A stretch of 64,000 nt of DNA from Deltaproteobacteria bacterium (GTDB taxonomy: Bacteria; Desulfobacterota; GWC2-55-46), in NCBI GenBank assembly GCA_016177845.1, contig JACOUO010000011.1, positions 128,326 to 192,325 on the forward strand. Direction: 5' to 3'. Below the pieces are notes generated by a model. The model had not been told where the DNA came from. It made no database searches and saw nothing but the letters and a program-made list of their open reading frames with translations. Position 1 is the first letter of the stretch. The number at the start of each line of letters is the position of its first letter. Position numbers and translations under genes: made by a program. Positions 56,253 through 64,000 of the stretch are shown here, one piece after another.

Positions 56253-57365
56253 ATGAAAGCACTGCTTTGGAACAAGGATAATGGCTCATTTGTATTTTCT
56301 GATTTTCCTGAGCCGCATATCACTGAGCCTGATGAGGTCAAGGCGCGTGTGATAAGTGTCGGCGTGTGCGGCACTGACAGGGAGGTCTTTGCCCAAAAAG
56401 GGTATCTGCCTCCTGAAGGCAGACATGACCTTATAATCGGGCATGAATCACTGGCTGAGGTGGTTGAGGTAGGAGCAGATGTGAAGGGCCTAAGGACAGG
56501 CGATTATGTGACCTTTACCGTCCGCAGGGGCTGTGACAGGTGCATCCCTTGCAGGACAGGGCGGCCTGATATGTGCGCGACAGGCGGCTATAAAGAGCGC
56601 GGGCTTGATTATATGGACGGTTTCAGCTCTGAGTTCGTAGTCGATAGCCAGATAAACTGCATAAAAGTACCTGTTGAATTGAGAAATCTTGGAGTCCTTT
56701 GCGAGCCCCTTTCGGCAATAGAAAAGGCGCTTCAGGAGATAGAAAGGGCACAGGAGCGTCTGCCTGAGTCAATAACGGAAGTCAATTGGTTCCAGGGCAG
56801 AAGGTGCCTGATTTTGGGGCTCGGCACTATAGGTCTTCTGGCCTCAGTCGCCCTTACTCTAAGGGGGGCTTCTGTTTACGGGCTCGATATAGTGGATGAG
56901 AGCAGCTCAAGGCCTGTCTGGTTCAAAGGCATCGGCGGGCAATATATAAATGAGAAAAAAACGAGATTGGAAAACCTCACCGGGCTTGCAGGCGGCAATT
57001 TCGGGCTGATATTTCAGGCTGCGGGGGTCCCTGATATTTCACTTGAACTGCTTAAAACACTCGGCTCTAACGGGGCGTTCGTATTTTTCTCCGCCGGAGG
57101 CAAAGGCAATATATCAGTAGCAGGAGGCGAGCTGATAAGAAACATCATCGATAATAACCAGACCATTATCGGGGCTGTCAGTTCTTCAAGGGCGCACTTC
57201 GAGCTTGCGGTAAGAGACCTGCAGGCCTCACAACTTAGATGGGGAAGGCATATGGACGGATTGATAACCCATTGCTACCATCCTTCAGAATTAGGGGAGG
57301 TGATAAAAACACACCCGCCTGATGAGATAAAGGCAGTGATTGACTGGAGCGCGCTCAGGAGTTAA
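56253..57365 (+). CDS. Zn-dependent MDR dehydrogenase, glucose 1-dehydrogenase-like
   Basis: GVCGTD, GHE, TVRRGCDRC..C..GRPDMC, ERG, GLGTIG. Confidence 0.85.
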   Translation: MKALLWNKDNGSFVFSDFPEPHITEPDEVKARVISVGVCGTDREVFAQKGYLPPEGRHDLIIGHESLAEVVEVGADVKGLRTGDYVTFTVRRGCDRCIPCRTGRPDMCATGGYKERGLDYMDGFSSEFVVDSQINCIKVPVELRNLGVLCEPLSAIEKALQEIERAQERLPESITEVNWFQGRRCLILGLGTIGLLASVALTLRGASVYGLDIVDESSSRPVWFKGIGGQYINEKKTRLENLTGLAGGNFGLIFQAAGVPDISLELLKTLGSNGAFVFFSAGGKGNISVAGGELIRNIIDNNQTIIGAVSSSRAHFELAVRDLQASQLRWGRHMDGLITHCYHPSELGEVIKTHPPDEIKAVIDWSALRS

Positions 57366-58756
57366 TCGCTGTTCTTCTTCAGTGATTTTACCGTAATATA
57401 TCCTGCGACAAAAAAGGCGAGGGGAGTTACCGAGAGCAGATTCCTGTTTGTAGCCATGCGGTTTAAGACAAATTCAAAATCGAATGTAGCTGTGTAAACA
57501 AAAAGATATCCCGATATCGCAAGCACGATTATCAAAAAAAGATATTTGATATTGGTATTAAGGAGCGTCTTAAAACCGAGGACAGAGACAAGGGCGAGAA
57601 AAGCAAAGATAAGCCCGTGGTCAACGCTTAAAAATAATTCCCTGAAAAATACGGGCCAGACCTCAAAGTGAAATGTCGGGCTCCACATGAGCGCGCCTGA
57701 TTCGTCAGCCCCTCCTATGCCTGTGCCGTAGCCATGCCCGAACCCAAGCCCGTAATGGCTTTTAAAGATAAACCACGGAAGAAGATACAAAAGGGCCGGC
57801 AGGCCGAAATAAATGAGCCCCTTCCATTTGTATTTCTTCTCAATGACATTAAACGCAAGCAGGGCCAAGCCTGCTGAGAGCAGATGTATCATGCCGTCGC
57901 TTTTGGTAAAACCGGCCATGGCAAAGAAAAGCCCTGAAAGAGGAAGTAAGTTCATCTCATCATGTTCCATGTATCTGAAAAGCAATATGGAACCCGCAAG
58001 GACATTGTACGATAGCGCAAGGTCTGAGTATGCCTCAAAGGAATGGAAGATGAGCAGGGGAGCGGCAGAGACGAAGAAAACGGCGATGAGACCTGCCAAA
58101 AGCCCGCCTTCTTTTTTTATGGCGGTAAAGATTAGCCCGAAAACGCTGATTAAATACAGAGGGGCCCATGCTTTCATAAGGCTTTCATGAAATTCGCCTA
58201 AAAATTCAGATATCCATATCTGGTGCATGAATGTAAGCAGGGGATACCCGAGAATGACCCTGTAGCCTTTACCGAAGAAGTGCTCATCAGCCGGGTCGTC
58301 AATCATCAGGCCTTGATTGTAGTAAAAGAGCTTTGCGCTCCTGTTCCACCATGAGTCCTGCGACATAACAGGCCTGTTGAAGCCTTCGTAAAGGACAATG
58401 GAGACCCTGAAGGCAATCCACGCGATAAGCAGTATTATCAGGATATTTGCGTACATGTCTCGTTTTTCAGAAGGGTTTTTTACTGTATTTTCATGACTTC
58501 CGCGGTACAGGAAGTTCAATATCAACAGTATTGCAAGCGTTACTCCAAGCAGTACCAGTGTAGCCTGAAAAGAATACGGGATACCGAATGCGCCCTGGCA
58601 GAAAAGGCCGAGCGAAAGTATGCCAAAGCCCATCCCGTAGCCTATGAAAATTTTTTCGGCAAGGCTCTGGTCACGCCTTGCGTTCAGAAGCGAGACGAGC
58701 AAAAAGCCCGCGAGGGTCGGAAAGACAAGGGCTGCTGTCAGTTTTATCCACAACAT
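57362..58756 (-). CDS. Multi-pass membrane protein, GT-C/GT39-like
   Basis: About 12 TM segments; D.W.....AK.FY loop, YPLL, YSDL.L, TKSDG. Confidence 0.6.
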   Translation of the reverse strand: MLWIKLTAALVFPTLAGFLLVSLLNARRDQSLAEKIFIGYGMGFGILSLGLFCQGAFGIPYSFQATLVLLGVTLAILLILNFLYRGSHENTVKNPSEKRDMYANILIILLIAWIAFRVSIVLYEGFNRPVMSQDSWWNRSAKLFYYNQGLMIDDPADEHFFGKGYRVILGYPLLTFMHQIWISEFLGEFHESLMKAWAPLYLISVFGLIFTAIKKEGGLLAGLIAVFFVSAAPLLIFHSFEAYSDLALSYNVLAGSILLFRYMEHDEMNLLPLSGLFFAMAGFTKSDGMIHLLSAGLALLAFNVIEKKYKWKGLIYFGLPALLYLLPWFIFKSHYGLGFGHGYGTGIGGADESGALMWSPTFHFEVWPVFFRELFLSVDHGLIFAFLALVSVLGFKTLLNTNIKYLFLIIVLAISGYLFVYTATFDFEFVLNRMATNRNLLSVTPLAFFVAGYITVKSLKKNSD

Positions 58757-59404
58757 CTAATTATCATCCATTATTTTGAATATGTATGCCCCGCTCCTGT
58801 AAGTTGCAAAGAGGCGGGCTTTGAAAACTGAATCGTTCACCCGTAAAATGTTTGTCTCAGGGTCGTACGAAGCGACTGAAAAATCATATACCCAGATGTA
58901 TCTGCCTTTGTTGGATATCATTTTTGGCAGGAGATAATAATTCCCAAGTTTCGTAAGGGTGTGGCTTAAGTCCCACGGGTCTATTTTAATCTCTCTTACC
59001 TGTTCACCTTCGGGGACTGTCTTTCTTACAAAGTCCATGAAATATTTCAGGTCAAAACCTGAAGAGGCGGCAATCCTTTCGTCAATATCCTTGCCGGAAA
59101 ACATCTTTACATCTTTTTTAAACATGGTAAGCCAGTTAAGGTCCATCCTGAGCCCGAAGAGAACACCTGCGAGCATGAATGATACAATGGCGCATTTTGC
59201 GAAATTCTGCTTTGAAAATTGCCTTTTTATAAGAATGGCGGCAATGAAGATCAAAGCCGCTACGGTGAATATGAGTAATGTAAAAGTTATCGGATTGGAA
59301 AGCGGGGGAGAAATATAGTTTATCGTAGAGCCCTTGATGAACTTGGTGTCCCAGAACTCTTGCCAAAGCCCCTGGAATTGAGTGGAGGAAAGTGTTTGCA
59401 GCAT
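58757..59404 (-). CDS. Hypothetical membrane protein, coupled to the downstream GT-C-like gene
   Basis: Two TM segments, Y.L.P motif; stop abuts the next start. Confidence 0.6.
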   Translation of the reverse strand: MLQTLSSTQFQGLWQEFWDTKFIKGSTINYISPPLSNPITFTLLIFTVAALIFIAAILIKRQFSKQNFAKCAIVSFMLAGVLFGLRMDLNWLTMFKKDVKMFSGKDIDERIAASSGFDLKYFMDFVRKTVPEGEQVREIKIDPWDLSHTLTKLGNYYLLPKMISNKGRYIWVYDFSVASYDPETNILRVNDSVFKARLFATYRSGAYIFKIMDDN

Positions 59405-59494
59405 AAAAAAACCTGAGTTTTCAGCTTATGGATTTGACATCGACAGCAAGGAATTATATCAGGTTAAATCAAGGTAAGGCAATATTAATATCTA

Positions 59495-61012
59495 CTACGA
59501 TTTTGAGTTCTTCCGCCCCGTTATTTTTGAGACTAATCTTATGGAGTAGGGGACGAAGTAAATGAAAAGAAAGAACTGTATCCATAATGTGGGAATCTTA
59601 TATCTCTGCACAGGATGGGGGACAATGAACGCAAGCATCAGGTAGTTGGTGATTAAAAATGATGCGAGGAAAAATATCTTAAAGAGTTCCTCTTTGTTTT
59701 TCTCCTGAACAAAATAGGATAAGGCGCCAAAAGCCAGTAAGAAAGTCAGCAGGCCTGCAACCGCAGGCTTTGCCATGAAGGTTTCAATTTTTCCGTAGCC
59801 TCTAATGAGGCTTCCTAATGTGTATGCGCCCACCCTGTCAGCCTGTTTTGAATATAACCTGTATTCCCATGCCTTGACCTTGATATAGCCTCCGAGGTTA
59901 CTGATGCTGGAGCTTACATAATCAAGAGGGTTTGAAAGTATGGCTTCCTTTGCTATTGCCAGCACTATCCTGTCAGCAGTATTGATATCGCACTGAAGCT
60001 CCCTTAAGAGGTCATGGGTGCTGAAGTAATCCGACCCCACAGCATGCGAGCCGTAGAACGAGTCCGCGCTTGCCGCCACTTCAAGGTACTGTTTTTTTGT
60101 ATCTTCGGGTATTTCGCAGCGGATGTTTACGATGAGCTTATAGCCGCCGAGGAAGTTCGCGTACCAGGCCTGCCCATAATCCTGAAGAAGCTCTGCCCTG
60201 TATTGCTTGAATTCGCGCTTCAGTTCAGGCTGCAGGTCTGAGTCCATATCCATGTATTCGGCTGTCTTTATAAGCATATTGACGCCGAATACCCCTACAG
60301 GCTCACCCTTAAACCCGTACTTCCATTCCGAATAATGCTGAAAGCCCGCATTGAGCGCGAAAAAAACCGCAATGTAGAGGGCTGCGGCCTTGGCTGTATT
60401 CAATGCGCCGTCTTGTTTTTTAATGAGCCTGTATAAGAACTGCAGGCTCAAAAAGCCGAAAACCAGGACCAAAAAGATGTTTGCAGTAGGCCTGATAATC
60501 AAGGCTAAAAAGGTGGCAATGGCAAGAGGCGCCATCAGATAGACCTTGCCCGATGAGAAAAACTTCAATATCAGGTACGCGCCTATAAGGATGAAGAAGT
60601 GGCTGAGGAAATCTGAAAGGATAGCGCGCTCAAAGATTAAAAATGTGCCTGCGAGATTTATGCACAGGGCAGCGGCAGCCGCAGTTAACCTGTTTTTAAA
60701 GAATTGCCTGAAGATGAGATAATAGATAAAATATGTGAATGCCCCAAGAAAGTTCTGTGCATAGATAACATAAGTGCGGTCTGTGCTGTCGAATATATTG
60801 TAGATGTAAGAGATAAAGAGAGGATAACCGAGAGGCCGGGTCGGAAGTGTTATCGGAAGCCCGTTGTAGACCTGAAGCGCGAACAGTTCGTATGTTTCGG
60901 AGTCCGGCAATTCAATAAGGCCGAGATAAGAGCAGAGAATAACCCTTACAATAACGGCTATCGAAAAGAATGCAAAATGGATGTACAGGTTTTTAAGCTC
61001 AGGTGTTTTCAT
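59495..61012 (-). CDS. Multi-pass membrane protein, GT-C (ArnT/PMT)-like (start re-assigned to MKTPEL)
   Basis: PDS..Y, RPLGYPLF, Q, E..ILSD, L.RP motifs; large extracytoplasmic loop; late RY. Confidence 0.65.
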   Translation of the reverse strand: MKTPELKNLYIHFAFFSIAVIVRVILCSYLGLIELPDSETYELFALQVYNGLPITLPTRPLGYPLFISYIYNIFDSTDRTYVIYAQNFLGAFTYFIYYLIFRQFFKNRLTAAAAALCINLAGTFLIFERAILSDFLSHFFILIGAYLILKFFSSGKVYLMAPLAIATFLALIIRPTANIFLVLVFGFLSLQFLYRLIKKQDGALNTAKAAALYIAVFFALNAGFQHYSEWKYGFKGEPVGVFGVNMLIKTAEYMDMDSDLQPELKREFKQYRAELLQDYGQAWYANFLGGYKLIVNIRCEIPEDTKKQYLEVAASADSFYGSHAVGSDYFSTHDLLRELQCDINTADRIVLAIAKEAILSNPLDYVSSSISNLGGYIKVKAWEYRLYSKQADRVGAYTLGSLIRGYGKIETFMAKPAVAGLLTFLLAFGALSYFVQEKNKEELFKIFFLASFLITNYLMLAFIVPHPVQRYKIPTLWIQFFLFIYFVPYSIRLVSKITGRKNSKS

Positions 61013-61162
61013 ATGAATGAAATTCAATAAACAGATAATAATATTTTGGAATTTCAGAGTCAATCTATATTCATGCGAGCTTAAACGGAATAACACCTTT
61101 ACTTCATGGCAGTTCCTTTGATATATTGACCGGCCCGAATTTTTCAGACTGAAAGGATAATA

Positions 61163-63307
61163 ATGAGCAGTGATTTTTTCCAGAAGATAGCAGGAGAACT
61201 TAATCTTACGGCGGCACAGGTCAAGGCTACGGCGGCATTGCTTGACGAAGGCTCAACCGTTCCATTTATCGCCAGATACAGGAAAGAGGCGACGGGCTCT
61301 CTTGATGAAGTGCTAATAACCGCTATACGCGACAGGCTCACCCAGTTGAAAGAGCTTGAGAAGAGGCGTGAGGCGATAATTAAATCCCTTGAAGAGATGG
61401 GCAAGCTCACAGATGAGCTTAAGGAAAAGGTCTTTGCAGCCGAGACCATGTCCGCGCTCGAAGATGTCTATCTGCCTTATCGCCCCAAGAGGCGCACAAA
61501 GGCGACAATTGCCAGGGAAAAAGGTCTTGAGCCTCTTGCCCAAAAGATTTTTGAACAGGCAGGGATTGACCCTTGTGCAGAGGCGCAGGGCTTTGTGGAT
61601 GCTGAAAAAGGCGTTGAGACAGTGCAAGACGCTCTCACAGGGGCTCGCCACATCATAGCCGAGTGGGTAAATGAGGACCAGAAAGCAAGGGCGCTGTTGC
61701 GCGAGTTTTTCTTTTCCAAAGGGACTTTCAGGACAAAGGCAATCGCGACAGAGGATGAGGCCGCGCTTAAGTACAAGGATTATTTTGACTGGGAAGAGCC
61801 TATAAATAAAGCCCCCTCACACAGGGTTCTTGCAATGAGGCGAGGTGAAAAGGAAGGATTTTTAAGCCTTAATATCGCCCCTCCGGAAGATGAGGCAATC
61901 AGCCTTCTTGATTCCCTGTTCGTAAAGGGAGCAGGGGAAGATTCAAATCAGGTGCGCCTCTCTGTCAATGACAGCTACAAAAGGTTGCTGTCCATATCAA
62001 TGGAGATAGAGATCCGTTTGGCGACAAAAAAGCGGGCCGATGAAGAGGCAATAAAGGTCTTTGCGGATAACCTCCGCCAGCTCCTGCTTGCCCCGCCTCT
62101 GGGGCAGAAAAATGTCCTTGCAATCGACCCGGGATTCCGTACAGGCTGCAAGGTAGTCTGCCTCAACAGGCAAGGTAAACTGCTCCATACCGATCTTATT
62201 TCCCCCCATTTATCAGCGGGAGAGACCGCAAGGGCCGCTGATAAGGTAAAGGAACTCTGCCAAAAATTTGAGGTCGAGGCTATTGCCATAGGAAACGGCA
62301 CTGCAGGCAGGGAAACTGAGGAGTTTATCAGAAAAATGGGCCTGCCCGGCAATATCCAGACAGTGATGGTGAATGAGAGCGGGGCCTCCATATATTCCGC
62401 TTCCAAGGTCGCCCGTGAAGAATTCCCTGACCATGACATAACCGTGAGAGGCTCTGTATCAATAGGCAGACGCCTGATGGACCCGCTTGCCGAACTTGTT
62501 AAAATAGACCCGAAGTCAATAGGCGTGGGTCAATACCAGCACGATGTCGATCAGACAGGATTGAAGCAGAGCCTTGATGATGTTGTCATAAGCTGCGTAA
62601 GCGGCGTAGGCGTTGAGGTAAATACTGCGAGCAAACAGCTTCTGCAGTATATCTCAGGGCTTGGGCCACAGCTTGCAGAAAATATCGTTGAGTACAGGAA
62701 TGAGCACGGGCCTTTCAGGTCAAGGAAAGACTTCAGGGAGGTAGCTAAACTCGGGCCTAAGGCGTTTGAGCAGGCAGCAGGATTCCTGCGCATAAGGGAT
62801 GGGGGAGACCCGCTTGACGCAAGCGCGGTACACCCTGAAAGCTATCATGTGGTCGATGCCATTGCCAAAGATAAAGGATGCACGGTGCAGGACCTTATGA
62901 GCAACAGCGAGCTTCGCAGCAGCATTGACCTCAAAAAGTATGTAACTGACAAGGTCGGGCTTCCTACTTTGGAAGATATCATGAAAGAACTGGCGAAGCC
63001 CGGAAGGGACCCGAGGGAGACTTTCGAGAGCTTCAGGTTCCAGGAAGGCATAGAAAAGATAGAGGATGTAAAGGCAGGCATGCGGCTGCCCGGAATAGTG
63101 ACCAATGTGACGGCATTCGGGGCCTTTGTCGATATCGGGGTGCATCAGGACGGCCTTGTCCATATAAGCCAGCTTTCGGACAAGTTCATAAAAAATCCCA
63201 ATGACGCGGTCAAGGTACAGCAGAAAGTCATGGTCACAGTGCTTGAAGTGGATTTGAAAAGGAACAGGATATCGCTTTCAATGAAAAAAGGGGCGCAAGC
63301 TGTTTAA
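61163..63307 (+). CDS. tex: Tex-family RNA-binding transcription accessory protein
   Basis: G.TVPFIARYRKE.TG.LDE, DPGFRTGCK, IGNGTA.RE, DPKSIGVGQYQHDV, C-terminal S1 domain. Confidence 0.96.
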   Translation: MSSDFFQKIAGELNLTAAQVKATAALLDEGSTVPFIARYRKEATGSLDEVLITAIRDRLTQLKELEKRREAIIKSLEEMGKLTDELKEKVFAAETMSALEDVYLPYRPKRRTKATIAREKGLEPLAQKIFEQAGIDPCAEAQGFVDAEKGVETVQDALTGARHIIAEWVNEDQKARALLREFFFSKGTFRTKAIATEDEAALKYKDYFDWEEPINKAPSHRVLAMRRGEKEGFLSLNIAPPEDEAISLLDSLFVKGAGEDSNQVRLSVNDSYKRLLSISMEIEIRLATKKRADEEAIKVFADNLRQLLLAPPLGQKNVLAIDPGFRTGCKVVCLNRQGKLLHTDLISPHLSAGETARAADKVKELCQKFEVEAIAIGNGTAGRETEEFIRKMGLPGNIQTVMVNESGASIYSASKVAREEFPDHDITVRGSVSIGRRLMDPLAELVKIDPKSIGVGQYQHDVDQTGLKQSLDDVVISCVSGVGVEVNTASKQLLQYISGLGPQLAENIVEYRNEHGPFRSRKDFREVAKLGPKAFEQAAGFLRIRDGGDPLDASAVHPESYHVVDAIAKDKGCTVQDLMSNSELRSSIDLKKYVTDKVGLPTLEDIMKELAKPGRDPRETFESFRFQEGIEKIEDVKAGMRLPGIVTNVTAFGAFVDIGVHQDGLVHISQLSDKFIKNPNDAVKVQQKVMVTVLEVDLKRNRISLSMKKGAQAV

Positions 63308-63478
63308 AAGATCGAGAGAGGCGCGCTTGAAAATTAATTCTGTTTTTTTGAATTTTAGGATTGACATCAGATATCTTTTTTGAGACTATTATAAAGTTTT
63401 CTGTGGGTATTTCCTGAGTTGCAAATGCTCAGGAAGTACCTGAAAACTTCCTGTAAATCAATAGTTACTTTCCTAATT

Positions 63479-63555
63479 GCCCCCGTAGCTCAGGTGGATA
63501 GAGCAACGGATTCCTAATCCGTGTGCCGGACGTTCGAATCGTCTCGGGGGCACCA
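63479..63555 (+). tRNA. tRNA-Arg (anticodon CCT)
   Basis: GCCCCCG acceptor stem, GCTC/GAGC D-stem, ACGGA-TTCCTAA-TCCGT anticodon arm, TTCGAAT T-loop, encoded CCA; 77 nt. Confidence 0.97.
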
Positions 63556-63660
63556 CTTTTTCCTCTGAATCGCTACTTTTTCATCCCCATTTATCTCTTC
63601 TGCTTTGTAGTTGTTGACCGCCCTTGGGGTCAATGATATATTGAAGTCAGGAGATATCTC

Positions 63661-63861
63661 ATGGACAGCCGCTGTAAATTCCTTGTAATTACCAAAGATG
63701 AGAAGAACGAATCCATAACCAAATGGTCTTGTTATAATCAATACGAGAGCAGGAACCTTATTCAGCAATGCTTACTTAAAAAAGGATATTGCAGATATCC
63801 GATTGGGCCGTTCCCGCCTGAAAATGAACCTGTTGAAAGCGAACCAAAAGAAGATAAATAG
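63661..63861 (+). CDS. Hypothetical 66-aa protein with four Cys and a Pro/Glu tail
   Basis: AGGAG SD upstream of ATG; no recognisable family. Confidence 0.4.
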   Translation: MDSRCKFLVITKDEKNESITKWSCYNQYESRNLIQQCLLKKGYCRYPIGPFPPENEPVESEPKEDK

Positions 63862-64000
63862 GTACCAAGCCTGTTTATTCCTTTAAAGCAATCCTTTAAA
63901 GCCCTTCCGAAAAACCTGCTAAATATCATTGTTTTTACCTTTTTTTGTGCTAAAATCCGTTGCATGAAGAAGCTTTTGGCTATTTTTGTGATATTGGCTT

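Noticed and set aside
536..63163. Numerous 60-200 aa ORFs antisense to or out of frame within confident genes
   Set aside because: Shadow ORFs with no SD or motifs, fully overlapping well-supported CDSs
63514..63768. 84-aa minus-strand ORF
   Set aside because: Its 3' end is the antisense of the tRNA

Overview
64-kb bacterial chromosomal window with mid-range GC. Gene content suggests a Deltaproteobacteria/Desulfobacterota-like organism (inference). No CRISPR array, prophage, integrase or transposase is visible. (i) 1-19.8 kb, minus strand: a Wzy-type exopolysaccharide locus with unusual parts: a MinD/FlhG-like ATPase between the co-polymerase and the tyrosine kinase, a J-like domain fused to that kinase, a priming transferase with a degenerate GGDEF domain retaining RxxD, an RfaH-like factor with an ops-like site, a Zn-ribbon PilZ protein and an apparently circularly permuted deacetylase. 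(ii) 20-31.6 kb: a type II secretion cluster (gspCDEF and gspGHIJKLM) split around an atypical LuxR regulator. (iii) 31.6-40.8 kb: a metal ABC pair, a cytochrome b-DHC/SHP/DHC operon, a TlpA-DUF4266-DUF3570-ApbE flavinylation module, REP/MITE-like repeats and two ~30-aa hydrophobic ORFs. The two redox operons and the two small ORFs share an 11-bp-period promoter box. (iv) 40.9-50.9 kb: TetR-TolC-MFP-RND efflux, Kelch, CapA, DUF1858 and a WcaL-like GT. (v) 51-53.3 kb, the best candidate for an undescribed system: a sigma54 promoter with tandem palindromic enhancer sites and an IHF box, driving three micro-ORFs (34, 30, 42 aa) missed by the ORF track, next to a PAS(CX8CX3C)-sigma54 activator whose own promoter carries a second copy of the enhancer. 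(vi) Housekeeping-like genes, GT-C-like membrane proteins, tex and tRNA-Arg(CCT). All calls are by-eye motif recognition; no searches were run.
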